Of a DNA stretch of 64,000 bases, positions 20,066 to 30,111 are shown one piece after another (the stretch's first letter is position 1; each line of letters starts with the position of its first letter). A model generated the notes under the pieces. The model was not told where the DNA came from. It ran no database searches and saw nothing but the letters and a program-made list of their open reading frames with translations. The stretch comes from an uncultured delta proteobacterium (lineage in GTDB: Bacteria > Desulfobacterota > Desulfobaccia > Desulfobaccales > 0-14-0-80-60-11): positions 896,001-960,000 of the forward strand of contig CAWETI010000002.1 of NCBI GenBank assembly GCA_963812015.1. Direction: 5' to 3'. A program made the position numbers and the translations under genes.

Positions 20066-20335
20066 ATGCCAGGTTTCAAGGAAAAAGGACCGTGGGGAGG
20101 CGGCCTTCGTTGGGGCAAAGGCTGGTGCTCTTACCGCCGGGAGGGCGATTATGGGTTGCCAGGTTACGGTCCGGCCATGTGGTGGGACATCCCGGCTGCC
20201 AGGTCTTATGCCACCCCGGAAGAGGAACTGGCGGATCTGAGGTGCCGGGTCCAGATGCTGGCCCGGGAATTGGAGATGGTTTACCGACGCATCGCCGAGA
20301 TGGAGCAGGAAGTTGATCAGACCCTGGACGGTTAG
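20066..20335 (+). CDS. Small Gly-rich protein with C-terminal coiled coil (DUF5320-like)
   Basis: AGGAGG RBS; MPG...GP.GGG...G.G.C N-terminus; EEELADL...LE.V.RRIAEME. Confidence 0.6.
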   Translation: MPGFKEKGPWGGGLRWGKGWCSYRREGDYGLPGYGPAMWWDIPAARSYATPEEELADLRCRVQMLARELEMVYRRIAEMEQEVDQTLDG

Positions 20336-20356
20336 GGGCAGTCTGCTCCTTAACCG

Positions 20357-20530
20357 ATGGAGGCCAGGGCCGCCGGGTTGATCGAAGGCGTCTGCCGGGC
20401 CTGCGCCACCAAGACCGGGTCGCTGGCCGAGGCTCAGGCCCAGGGGTTGCCCTTGCTGGACGACATGAGCGGCCATCCCAGCCTGGGGCGCTATCTGGAA
20501 GCCGGCTTTACCTTACTGAACTTTCTAATT
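20357..20530 (+). pseudogene. C-terminal remnant of a DsrE-like small protein
   Basis: GLIEGVCRACA...GLPLLDDMSGHPS...Y.EAGF resembles the C-terminal half of DsrE-type proteins; no N-terminal half, no RBS, no proper stop. Confidence 0.5.
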
Positions 20531-20587
20531 TTCCCGGGACCGACACCCGCAGCTACCGAAAACACCGAGAATTTCTCCGCCCGTTCC

Positions 20588-21037
20588 TCACACTCCTTTC
20601 TCAGAGCACTCCCGGGATTCGGCCTCAGCCAGGGCCAGTTTGGCCTTTAGCAGTTTCCGGTACTTGGCGGCGGCCTTGTTCAGGTCCTTGGCCGCCATGG
20701 CCTTGAGGAGGTCGCCCTCCAGTTCGGCCACATCCAGGCGCTGGTAGTAGTCCATGGTCTCCTTGAGGTGGGCCAGGACGATCTTGCCCGTCAAGATGGG
20801 ATGATTGTTGGTGACGTTGGCGTCCTTAAAGCGGGTGCCGTGTTCCAGCTCCACCTCCAGGCCGGCGACGAAGGCCTCCAGGGGGATGGGCATGCCCTCG
20901 GTATTGACCTCCTGAAGAATCACCCGGGCCTCCTCGGGCCTTACCTTGGCATCCGCCATTTGGGTCCAGTCCCGGATGTTGAGCGCCTTGCAGACTCGCT
21001 GCACTTCCTCCACGGTGACATATACGGAAAGTTCCAT
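20588..21037 (-). CDS. DUF5661-like conserved protein
   Basis: GLEVELEHG...NVT....TGKIVLAHLKE..DYY.RL motif; AGGAG RBS. Confidence 0.75.
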   Translation of the reverse strand: MELSVYVTVEEVQRVCKALNIRDWTQMADAKVRPEEARVILQEVNTEGMPIPLEAFVAGLEVELEHGTRFKDANVTNNHPILTGKIVLAHLKETMDYYQRLDVAELEGDLLKAMAAKDLNKAAAKYRKLLKAKLALAEAESRECSEKGV

Positions 21038-21156
21038 GACCTGCTCCTTTCTTGGAGAAATATCTTGGTAAAAAGATCCCGGGGCAGGGAAACCCCGCCC
21101 TTATAGTGCGGTAGGTCGAAGCTGCCCGGCACGAGGTTCCTCGCCGGGTCTCCCTC

Positions 21157-22359
21157 TTACCTCAGGCGCTTAAAGTCAAAATCCGGCTGAGCCAGTTCGT
21201 CTTTAAGCAGACTGACGTCCTGTTGCTTTTGGATGGCGGCCTGGATTTCAGCGCTGCCCCGGATATCCCCCAGGAGAATGGCACCCACCAGACGGTTGTC
21301 CTGCATCACCAGCTTGCGGTAGGTCTTTTGGGCCGCATCCGTGTGGACGATGGCTTTAAGCTTGCCGTCGGCGTCGATATCCCCGGCGGCCACCAGGTCG
21401 ATCCCCACCACCTTGAGGACGTTGGACGGCAGCGTGCCGGCATAGGTCGCCGCCTGGCCCGCCATGGCGGCGCCGGCCACCCGGCCCTGCTCCAGGGCGG
21501 CGGGCCAGATGCCATAAAACCGCCCCCGGTGTTCGATGAGGTCCCCGGCGGCGTAGACGTCGTCCCGGGAGGTTTTCATGGTGTCATCCACCTTGACCCC
21601 TTTGTCGATGTCCAGACCCAGGGCCTGGGCCAGGACAAGGTCCGGCCGCACCCCGGCGGAAATGAGCACCAGCTCCCCCTTGAGCTTCTCGCCGCTTTCC
21701 AGACAGACCTGGAGGCCGTCCGGGCCGGTGACGATCTCCCGGGTCTTGGCCCCCAGATAAAAGGTAAAGCCCAGATCCTCCATCTGCCGCGCCAGGATGG
21801 CGGCGCCGGGGACGTCCATCTGGCGGGGCAACAGCCGGGGAAAAAACTCCACCACGACGACCTTCAGGCCCAGCTTGCGCAGGCCGTTGCCGGCCTCGAG
21901 ACCCAAAAGGCCGCCGCCGATCAGCACCGCGGTTTTGGCCTGGGCCGCCTTTTGCTTGAGGCGGTCGGCATCGGCCAGGGTCCGCAGGGTGAAAACCCCG
22001 GGGGCGTCGGCCCCTGGGAGGGGAGGCACAAAGGAGTTGCCGCCGGTGGCCAGGAGGAGTTTGTCGAAGAAAAAGCGCGCCCCCTGGTCGGTCTCCACAA
22101 ATTTTTGATCGGGGTCGATCTTCGTAACCCGGGTGTCCAGGTACAGGTCGATCCCGTGCTGGTCGTACCAGTTCTGGCGATGAATGATGATCTGGTCCGC
22201 GGCTTTTTCTCCGGCCACATACTCCGGCAGGGCGGGCACATAGTAGAAGGGCCGGGACTCCCGGGAAAACATGACAATCTTGCCTTGAGGGTCATATTTG
22301 CGGATGCTTTCCGCCGCGGCATTGCCCGCTACGCCATTGCCGATAATCAGATACGTCAT
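21157..22359 (-). CDS. NAD(P)/FAD-dependent oxidoreductase (rubredoxin reductase/NirB N-terminal-like)
   Basis: IIGNGVAG, LLLATG, IGGGLLGLE, VYAAGD; AGGAG RBS before ATG 22359. Confidence 0.92.
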   Translation of the reverse strand: MTYLIIGNGVAGNAAAESIRKYDPQGKIVMFSRESRPFYYVPALPEYVAGEKAADQIIIHRQNWYDQHGIDLYLDTRVTKIDPDQKFVETDQGARFFFDKLLLATGGNSFVPPLPGADAPGVFTLRTLADADRLKQKAAQAKTAVLIGGGLLGLEAGNGLRKLGLKVVVVEFFPRLLPRQMDVPGAAILARQMEDLGFTFYLGAKTREIVTGPDGLQVCLESGEKLKGELVLISAGVRPDLVLAQALGLDIDKGVKVDDTMKTSRDDVYAAGDLIEHRGRFYGIWPAALEQGRVAGAAMAGQAATYAGTLPSNVLKVVGIDLVAAGDIDADGKLKAIVHTDAAQKTYRKLVMQDNRLVGAILLGDIRGSAEIQAAIQKQQDVSLLKDELAQPDFDFKRLR

Positions 22360-22522
22360 GCCGGTCTCCTTTGGGCTCATTACGATCCATCCGTTATGGT
22401 TGTCCTCCGCCTGGCCGGTGGCGGCGAGGTGCGGGAGGTTCCTCAAGCTTGATATGGCGGGCCCGGGCTGATTACCTCATCAGGCCGGGAGGCCCACCCC
22501 GCCCCCCGGAACTTTATGGCGC

Positions 22523-22909
22523 TTAACGGTCGCCGGATCCCACCACCGGCAAGACCTGGTCGACCTTGAAGAAGACCAGGAACCGGGGACCTTCCTTCTT
22601 TTCCTGTTCCTCCGGATAGGTGCGGCGGCGCAGGGCATAGAGCAGATCGCTATCCTGCTCCTCCTGGATTTTGGTGAGATAGAGCCGATGGCCTTTATAG
22701 CCGGGGCCCGTTTCCAGAAACAGATAGGCCGCCTGGGGGTTGGATTGCAGGTGGTTATGGGTCAGCCGGTGGGGCATGATGAAGGCCACGGTGCCGTCCG
22801 CCATGACGTGGGGCCGGGCGAAAACCGCCACGTTAACCCGGCCGGCCGCGTCAGCCGTGGCCAGCACCCCGTGGCCCTGGGTATTCTCAAAGTACGCTTT
22901 CAGGTCCAT
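22523..22909 (-). CDS. Pyridoxamine 5'-phosphate oxidase family (FMN split-barrel) protein
   Basis: GVLATAD..G.VN.A, T..N/HL..NP.A, Y.G.RLYL; GGAGG RBS. Confidence 0.8.
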   Translation of the reverse strand: MDLKAYFENTQGHGVLATADAAGRVNVAVFARPHVMADGTVAFIMPHRLTHNHLQSNPQAAYLFLETGPGYKGHRLYLTKIQEEQDSDLLYALRRRTYPEEQEKKEGPRFLVFFKVDQVLPVVGSGDR

Positions 22910-23136
22910 GTTATCCTCCCGATGACTCTGAAGGGAACGGCGGCGAGCGATGGGACCCGCCTTCCCAAAACCCCGGTAGATAGCTTAATAGAACTATTAT
23001 TGATTAATAACGGTTATCAAGAATGTCAAGGCGCCGGGGGGGTTTTGTCCAAGAACCGCGGGTATCATCCAGGGATGGCCCGGGAAAGGTGGGGGCGGCC
23101 GCCAATCAATAATTCGCTCCCAAGCGATAAAAAAAC

Positions 23137-23179
23137 TTGACGGGTCGCGAGAAAAAGATAATATACCGACCAGTCAGTA
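23137..23179 (+). promoter_or_regulatory. Putative sigma70 promoter and TetR operator
   Basis: TTGACG (23137), 16 nt, TAATAT, overlapping the imperfect palindrome TACCGACCAGTCAGTA (23164-23179). Confidence 0.6.
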
Positions 23180-23200
23180 CACTTACAAGGATTTGAGACG

Positions 23201-23746
23201 ATGAGTCCCCGGCCGCATTCCCGCGAAGTCATATTGGACGCAGCTGAGATGCTCGTGTTTGACGTCGGCGCCGCCCACCTGACTTTCGAGGCGGTGGCTG
23301 AAAGGGCCGGGGTCAGCAAGGGGGGCTTGGTCTATCACTTCCCCACGAAAGAGGCATTGCTTGAAGCCATGGTGTCCCGGCTGATCAAGCGTTTTACCGA
23401 AAGACAGACCGAGGCCGCCGTTAGCCTCCCGGCCGGACCGAAACGCGAGTTGGCGGCTTATGTGATGGCGGCGCTCACGGAAACCGAAGAATCCAAACGC
23501 CTCGGGGCCTCCCTCCTCGCCGCCTCGGCCAATAATCCCAAGTTGCTCGATCCGGTGCGGGCATATTTCCGGGAGTGGTTTGCCAAGCTGGGTGCCACCG
23601 GCTTGACGTTTGAACGGGCGGCGGTTATCTCCCTGGCGGTGGATGGCCTCTGGCTGCTGGAGCTTTTGCAACTGTCGCCCCTGGACCAGACGCGACGGGA
23701 GGGGGTGACCCGGGAAATCTTTCGGCTCATGGACGGGAGCGCATGA
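23201..23746 (+). CDS. TetR/AcrR family transcriptional regulator
   Basis: ILDAA...LTFEAVAERAGVSKGGLVYHFPTKEALL HTH. Confidence 0.95.
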   Translation: MSPRPHSREVILDAAEMLVFDVGAAHLTFEAVAERAGVSKGGLVYHFPTKEALLEAMVSRLIKRFTERQTEAAVSLPAGPKRELAAYVMAALTETEESKRLGASLLAASANNPKLLDPVRAYFREWFAKLGATGLTFERAAVISLAVDGLWLLELLQLSPLDQTRREGVTREIFRLMDGSA

Positions 23747-25356
23747 TGCCTGAGGATCTCATCCGCCGGGGACGGGGCCGGGCCTGGATTGCCGTGGCCC
23801 TTCTGGCCGGCCTGGTGAGCGGCTGCGCCATGGTGGGGCCGGACTACGTGCGCCCCCCGGTCAAGGTGGAGCAGACCTGGATGGAGACCGCCGACAAACG
23901 GCTGCACACCGCCTCAGCGAACTATAAAGACTGGTGGCAGGCCTTCAAGGACCCGACCCTCAACCAGCTCATCGACAGCGCCTACCGGGAGAACCTGACC
24001 CTCCAGATTGCCGGGGTGCGGGTCCTGGCGGCCCGGGCCCAACTGGGTATTGCCACCGGCCAGCTCTATCCCCAGACCCAACAAGCCACCGGCTCGCTGC
24101 AAAAGGAACGAATAAGCCCCGGGGGCCTTATTACCGGTTCACCCCAAGGTTCATCGTCTTTCGGTGGCATGAGTCTCTATCAAGCCCAGGTCGGTCTGAC
24201 GGCCAGCTGGGAATTGGATTTTTGGGGCAAATTTCGCCGGAACATCCAATCCGCCGATGCCAGCCTCCAGGCGAGCATCGCCGATTATGACAATGTCCTG
24301 GTCAGCCTGACCGCCGATGTCGCCAGCAGCTATATCCTCATGCGCACCCTGGAAAAACGACTGGCCATCGCCAACGAAAACGTCCGCATCCAGACCGAGA
24401 GCTTGCAGATCGCCCAGGCGCGGTTCGTGGGCGGCACCACCTCGGAACGGGACGTGGAACAGGCCAAAACCATCCTGGCCAATACTCAGGCGACCATCCC
24501 CACCATAGAGAGCCAGTTGCGCCAGACCAAAAACGCCCTGTGCGTGCTGTTGGGCCTGCCGCCCCATGACCTGGCCAACCTGTTGGCGGGTAAAGCGGTA
24601 ATTCCCGCGCCGCCGCCCCAGGTGGCGGTGGGGATTCCCGCCGACCTGATCCGGCGGCGGCCGGATATCCGGGCCGCGGAATTTCGGGCCGCGGCCCAAT
24701 GCGACCAAATTGGGGTATCCAAGGCTCAACTCTTCCCGGCTTTTTCCCTGACCGGGACCTTTGGCCCTCAATCGATTGATGTGGGAACGGCCACGCTGGC
24801 TAACCTGTTCAACTGGCGCAACCGGGCCGGCTCCATGGGCCCGACCCTGCAGTGGAATATCCTTAACTATGGGCAAATCACCAACGACGTCCGGTTCCAG
24901 GACGCCCGGTTCCAGGAATTGCTCATTGCGTATCAGAACTCGGTCCTCAAAGCCCAGCAGGAGGTGGAGGACAACCTGGTGGCGTTCCTGAAGGCCCAGG
25001 AACGGGCCAGGTTTCTGTCCGATAGCACCACCGCGGCGATGCGGTCGCTGGAGCTGGCGGTCCTGCAGTACCGGGAGGGGATCACCGATTTCACCACCGT
25101 CCTGACGGCCCAGCAGGCCCTGTTGAGCGAGCAGGACAGCCTGGCCACCACCCTGGGAGACATCTCCCGGAATCTGGTGGGGGTATATCGGGCCTTGGGG
25201 GGCGGCTGGGAGATTCGGGAAGGACAGGATTTTGTGCCGGCGTCCATCAGAGAGACCATGGCCGGGCGCACCAATTGGGGCCGCCTGCTGGCCCCGGTGG
25301 CGGAAGTCACGGCCCCGACAGGTCAAGGTCGCCTGATTCGTGCCCCGGACTGGTAA
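23743..25356 (+). CDS. Efflux outer membrane factor lipoprotein (NodT/OprM family)
   Basis: Lipobox VSGC.VGPDY.RP, WW..F.DP.L, SWELDFWG, RRPDI.AAE, YRALGGGW. Confidence 0.95.
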   Translation: MMPEDLIRRGRGRAWIAVALLAGLVSGCAMVGPDYVRPPVKVEQTWMETADKRLHTASANYKDWWQAFKDPTLNQLIDSAYRENLTLQIAGVRVLAARAQLGIATGQLYPQTQQATGSLQKERISPGGLITGSPQGSSSFGGMSLYQAQVGLTASWELDFWGKFRRNIQSADASLQASIADYDNVLVSLTADVASSYILMRTLEKRLAIANENVRIQTESLQIAQARFVGGTTSERDVEQAKTILANTQATIPTIESQLRQTKNALCVLLGLPPHDLANLLAGKAVIPAPPPQVAVGIPADLIRRRPDIRAAEFRAAAQCDQIGVSKAQLFPAFSLTGTFGPQSIDVGTATLANLFNWRNRAGSMGPTLQWNILNYGQITNDVRFQDARFQELLIAYQNSVLKAQQEVEDNLVAFLKAQERARFLSDSTTAAMRSLELAVLQYREGITDFTTVLTAQQALLSEQDSLATTLGDISRNLVGVYRALGGGWEIREGQDFVPASIRETMAGRTNWGRLLAPVAEVTAPTGQGRLIRAPDW

Positions 25357-25392
25357 AGGGGGCAGAACCGCAGGGCGGGATGGAACGATGGG

Positions 25393-26685
25393 GTGGTCAT
25401 GCCAGTCATATCAAGCAATGCTCCTGAAATGAGGTTTGATTCCATGCACAATGGGGGGAAGGCCCAGAACCTGACGGTGGGGGGAAGACCGGCGCCACGG
25501 CCGCGCCGCCGCGCCCTGGCCGCGCTGATCAGCCTGGCGATCCTGGCGATGAGCGCCGCCTGTGGCGACCGGAACGCCTACGTGCCGCCGCCGCCTCCCA
25601 AGGTGACGGTGAGTCAGCCGGTGCAACGGCCCGTGACCGATTACCTGGAATTCACCGGCAACACCCAGGCCATTAACACGGTGCAACTCCGGGCCCGGGT
25701 CGAAGGCTACCTGGAGCAGGTCTATTTCAAAGACGGCGACCGGGTCAAGAAAGGGCAGTTGCTCTTTCTGATTCAGCAGAACACCTACGAAGCCAAACTC
25801 AAGCAGGCGGAGGCGGACATTCTCGCCCAGAAGGCCAAACTCTTCCATGCCCAAACCGAATATGCCCGGTTCACCAAACTGGTGACCCAGAAGGCCGCCG
25901 CCCAGACGGATGTGGACAATTGGCTCTATCAACGGGATGCGGCCCAGGCCGCGCTCGTGTCCGCCGAGGCGCAACGGGACCTGTCCAGGCTCAACCTGAG
26001 CTACACCAAGGTGACCTCGCCCTTCGATGGCCGCATCGGCCGTCGTCTGAAAGACCCCGGTAACCTCGTGGGCGTCGGCGAAGCCACCCTTCTGGCCGAT
26101 GTCGATCAGATCGACCCCCTCTATGTCTACTTCACCATGAATGAACGGGACCTCCTGGACATCACCCAGACCACCAAGGAATCGGTGGGAGCTGTGATTC
26201 GCAAGGACGTCCCCCTGTATCTCGGTCTCGCCAATGAGGATGGTTATCCCCACAATGGCTACCTGGACTTCGCCAGCATCAGCCTTAACGCCACCACCGG
26301 CACCTTGACGATGCGGGGGGTCTTCCCCAATCCCAAGGGCATGATGCTGCCGGGTTTGTTCGCCAAGGTCCGCGCCCCGGTGACCCACAACAAGTCCGCC
26401 CTGCTCATCCCCCAAGAGGCCATCGGCTACGACCAACTGGGCCCCTACGTGTTGGTGGTGGACGACAAAAACGTCGTCCAGCGCCGGAGTGTCAAACTGG
26501 GGACCCAGGAGGAGGGCCTCATCGTCATCGCCGAAGGGGTGACGGCGCCTGAGTGGATCATCACCAACGGCCTCTTCCAGGCCATCCCGGGGAAACAGGT
26601 GACTCTCGTCAAGGCATCGGCTTCGAACTCGGCGCCGCCACCGGCCCCGGAGCCCGGCGGGCAACTCAAGAAAGCCGCCCCATGA
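25393..26685 (+). CDS. RND efflux periplasmic adaptor (MFP); start uncertain
   Basis: RARVEGYL, G..VKKGQLLF.I, V.SPFDG.IG, TGT...R..FPNP...LPG.F. Confidence 0.93.
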   Translation: MVMPVISSNAPEMRFDSMHNGGKAQNLTVGGRPAPRPRRRALAALISLAILAMSAACGDRNAYVPPPPPKVTVSQPVQRPVTDYLEFTGNTQAINTVQLRARVEGYLEQVYFKDGDRVKKGQLLFLIQQNTYEAKLKQAEADILAQKAKLFHAQTEYARFTKLVTQKAAAQTDVDNWLYQRDAAQAALVSAEAQRDLSRLNLSYTKVTSPFDGRIGRRLKDPGNLVGVGEATLLADVDQIDPLYVYFTMNERDLLDITQTTKESVGAVIRKDVPLYLGLANEDGYPHNGYLDFASISLNATTGTLTMRGVFPNPKGMMLPGLFAKVRAPVTHNKSALLIPQEAIGYDQLGPYVLVVDDKNVVQRRSVKLGTQEEGLIVIAEGVTAPEWIITNGLFQAIPGKQVTLVKASASNSAPPPAPEPGGQLKKAAP

Positions 26686-29600
26686 TCTCCGAATTTTTCA
26701 TCGATCGGCCGATTTTCGCCAACGTCATCGCCATCGTCACCGTCATTTTGGGGCTGGTGTGTCTGTTCATGTTGCCGGTGGCGCAGTATCCGGAAATCGT
26801 GCCCCCCACCATCCAGGTGACCACGATGTATCCCGGGGCCAGCGCCGAGGTCATCGCCAACACCGTGGGGATTCCCATCGAACAGGCGGTCAACGGCGTG
26901 GAAGGCTCCATTTACATGTCGTCCACCAGTTCCAGTTCCGGGAATTACACCCTCACCGTGACCTTTGGAGTGGGCACCAATCTCAATGCGTCATTGACCC
27001 TGGTGCAGAACATGGTCAACGGCGCCACCGCCCAGCTTCCCGAAACGGTGCAGGCCCAGGGCGTCACCGTACGGAAGGTCTCCACCAACATCTTGCAGGT
27101 GATCAGCCTCTACTCCGATGATGACCGCTATGATGCGACCTATCTCTCCAACTACGGCATCATCAACCTGCAATACCCCCTGGGCCGTCTGGCCGGGGTG
27201 GGCCAGGTCCAGGTGTTCGGCGCCGGCCCCTACAGCATGCGGGTCTGGCTGGACCCCAACAAACTCAAGTACTACAACCTCACCACGCTGGATGTGGTCA
27301 ACGCCATCCAACAGCAAAACGTCCAGGTGGTGGCGGGTCGATTGGGGGCCCCGCCGGTGCCGCCCGATCAAGCCTTGCAGTTCACCGTTAACGCCTTGGG
27401 CCGGCTTGCCGACGTCAAGCAATTCCAGGATATCATCGTCAAGAGCGAGCGCAGCGACCAAGGGGAAACCGCACAGTTGGTGCGGGTGCGGGATATTGCC
27501 CGGGTCGATTTGGACCAGCAATATTACAGCAATTTTGGCGGCCTGACCGGGAAGCAATCGGCCCAAATCATGGTCTTCGCCCTGCCCGGGGCCAATGCCC
27601 TTGACGTCGGCGACAAGGTGAAAGCGGCCATGGCCGAGATGAGCCAGACCTTCCCGGCGGGGCTGAAACACGGGATTTATTACGACACCACCAAGTTCAT
27701 CGGCCAGGCCATTCACTCGGTCTATGTCACCTTATTTGAGGCCGGACTCCTGGTGCTCATCGTCATCATGGTGTTTCTGCAAAATTGGCGGGCCATGCTG
27801 GTCCCGGCCACCACCGTCCCGGTCACCATTATCGGCGCGTTTGCGGCCATGGCCTTGCTGGGCTTCACGGTCAACCTGATGACCCTGTTTGCCCTCATTC
27901 TGGCCATCGGCATCGTGGTGGACGACGCCATCGTCATTGTCGAGAATTGCTCTTTTTACATCGAGAAAGGCCTCCACCCCCGGGAGGCGGCCATCAAGGC
28001 CATGCAAGAGTTGACCGGGCCGGTGATCGGCATCACCCTGGTGCTCACCGCGGTATTTTTGCCCGCCGCCTTTATGCCGGGCATCACCGGGCAGCTCTTT
28101 CGGCAATTCGCCCTGGTCATCGCCTCCACCGCCATCATCAGCGCCCTCAATGCCCTGACCCTGAAGCCGACCCAGTGCGCCCTCTGGTTGCGCCCCCATG
28201 TTAAAAAGGAACCCAACCTGTTTTACCGGGGGTTCAACCAGGCCTACGGGGTGGTGGAGCACGCCTACGTCCTCCTCATCCAGTGGATGGTCGAGCGCAC
28301 CGGACTCATGGTGCTGGTGTTCATTGCCGTCATTGCCCTGGCCGGCTGGCGGTTTACCCAACAGCCCACCGGTTTCCTGCCCACGGAAGACCAGGGCTAC
28401 GCCATGGTGTTGGCTAGGCTGCCCGAAGGCGCGGCCCAACCCCGGGTTAAACGGACCTCGGACCAGATCGATGCCATCCTCAAGCGGGCTCAAGGGGTCG
28501 AGGCCTGGGTGACCGTGGGGGGGTATTCCATCCTGGACGCCACCAACGTCTCCAACATTATGACCACCTTCGTGATTTACCAGGATTGGAGTAAGCGGGG
28601 GGCCAAGTTAACCCAGGACCATATCGTCGGCGCCTTGCAGCGGGAGTTCTTTGCCATTCAGGAGGCCCAGGTCGTGGTGCTGGTGCCGCCGCCCATCGCC
28701 GGCCTGGGCCAGTCCGGGGGCTTCCAGATGATGGTGGAGGACCGCGGCAGTCTGGGGTTGGGTGAGCTGGAGAAGGCGACCATGGAGGTCATACGGGCCG
28801 CAACCGGCCAATCCGGGTTGGGGGGCATGGCCACCACCTTCAGCGCTCGCAGCCCCCAAATCTATCTCGACATCGACCGGACCAAGGCCGAGTCGCTCAA
28901 TATTCCCCTGAACAACGTCTTCGACACCCTCCAGGCCTACCTGGGGTCCACGTATGTCAATCTGTTCAACAAGTTCAACCAGGTGTTCCAGGTCTACGTC
29001 CAGGCCGACGCGGCCTACCGCCTGCAACCCGAGGACATCAAGAGCCTTTACGTCCGCAATCTCAAAAAGGAAATGGTGCCCCTGGGCACCCTCCTGAAGA
29101 TCAATCGGACCCTGGGTTCAGAATTGGTCACCCGCTACAACCTCTATCCCGCGGCATCCATTTTCGGGGGGGCGGCCCCGGGCTTCAGCTCGGGAGAGGC
29201 CCTCAAACTGATGGGACAGGTGGCGCAAAACACCCTGCCCCGGGGCATGGCCTACGACTGGACCGCTACCTCCTTCCAGGAAAAGGAGGTGGGCAACCAG
29301 GCCTACTTCATTTACGCCCTGTCCATCACCCTGGTGTTCCTGGTCCTGGCGGCCCAATACGAAAACTGGTTTAACCCGGCGGCGGTTATTCTGGTGGTGC
29401 CCATCGCCATGGTGGGCGTCCTGCTGGGCCTGATGGTCCGGGACTTCGACAACAATATCTATACCCAGGTGGGCCTTGTGTTGATGATCGCCCTGGCCAG
29501 CAAGAACGCCATCCTGGTGGTGGAGTTCGCCCGGGAACTGCGGGAGAGCGGTATGTCCATCACCGAGGCCGCGGTGGAGGCCACCCGCCGCCGCTTCCGC

Positions 29601-29843
29601 CCCATCGTCATGACCTCCTTCGCCTTCATCCTGGGGGTGGTGCCCCTCATGGTCGCCGCCGGCGCCGGCGCCGCCAGCCAGCAGGCCATCGGCACGGTGG
29701 TCTTCGGCGGCATGCTGGCCTCGACCCTCCTGGCTATCCCGTTTGTGCCGGTGTTCTACGTGATCACCCAGCGCCTCAGCGAGCGCCGGAAGCAGGCGGC
29801 CCCCCCGGCGCCGCCTCCGGCCGAGCAGGGGGAAGGGAGTTGA
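26682..29843 (+). CDS. RND multidrug efflux permease (HAE1/AcrB family)
   Basis: FFIDRPIFA, LPVAQYP.I.PP, GIVVDDAIVIVEN, KNAILVVEFA, R.RPIVMTS; ATG 26682 overlaps the MFP stop. Confidence 0.97.
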   Translation: MISEFFIDRPIFANVIAIVTVILGLVCLFMLPVAQYPEIVPPTIQVTTMYPGASAEVIANTVGIPIEQAVNGVEGSIYMSSTSSSSGNYTLTVTFGVGTNLNASLTLVQNMVNGATAQLPETVQAQGVTVRKVSTNILQVISLYSDDDRYDATYLSNYGIINLQYPLGRLAGVGQVQVFGAGPYSMRVWLDPNKLKYYNLTTLDVVNAIQQQNVQVVAGRLGAPPVPPDQALQFTVNALGRLADVKQFQDIIVKSERSDQGETAQLVRVRDIARVDLDQQYYSNFGGLTGKQSAQIMVFALPGANALDVGDKVKAAMAEMSQTFPAGLKHGIYYDTTKFIGQAIHSVYVTLFEAGLLVLIVIMVFLQNWRAMLVPATTVPVTIIGAFAAMALLGFTVNLMTLFALILAIGIVVDDAIVIVENCSFYIEKGLHPREAAIKAMQELTGPVIGITLVLTAVFLPAAFMPGITGQLFRQFALVIASTAIISALNALTLKPTQCALWLRPHVKKEPNLFYRGFNQAYGVVEHAYVLLIQWMVERTGLMVLVFIAVIALAGWRFTQQPTGFLPTEDQGYAMVLARLPEGAAQPRVKRTSDQIDAILKRAQGVEAWVTVGGYSILDATNVSNIMTTFVIYQDWSKRGAKLTQDHIVGALQREFFAIQEAQVVVLVPPPIAGLGQSGGFQMMVEDRGSLGLGELEKATMEVIRAATGQSGLGGMATTFSARSPQIYLDIDRTKAESLNIPLNNVFDTLQAYLGSTYVNLFNKFNQVFQVYVQADAAYRLQPEDIKSLYVRNLKKEMVPLGTLLKINRTLGSELVTRYNLYPAASIFGGAAPGFSSGEALKLMGQVAQNTLPRGMAYDWTATSFQEKEVGNQAYFIYALSITLVFLVLAAQYENWFNPAAVILVVPIAMVGVLLGLMVRDFDNNIYTQVGLVLMIALASKNAILVVEFARELRESGMSITEAAVEATRRRFRPIVMTSFAFILGVVPLMVAAGAGAASQQAIGTVVFGGMLASTLLAIPFVPVFYVITQRLSERRKQAAPPAPPPAEQGEGS

Positions 29844-29890
29844 GGGCGGGTTAGACTCTCTGTAACGGCAGTTGTATCATCGGTAATAAT

Positions 29891-29938
29891 CAAGATTTGA
29901 GCTGACCATCATCAAACCAATATCAGATTAGATCTGAC
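29891..29938. repeat. 48-bp intergenic motif, copy 2 (copy 1 at 11346-11393)
   Basis: 40/48 identity to copy 1. Confidence 0.75.
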
Positions 29939-30111
29939 ATTTGGGACTAAAACTTTAAATTTCGCCAGGGTCTTAGATAGAGCTAAGATATCCATATCAA
30001 CCCACTTTAATAGGTTTTATAAGGGTTAATAGATAGCAGTAATCAACTACTTTACACTTGCAGAATTTTACGCAGAAATTCCACTTGATATATCTGTCTG
30101 CTAACCGGGCT

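Noticed and set aside
21223..22452. Long antisense ORFs (also 2743-3735, 11652-12821, 24151-25326, 25411-26664)
   Set aside because: Typical stop-poor shadow frames of GC-rich genes; the opposite strand has clear family motifs
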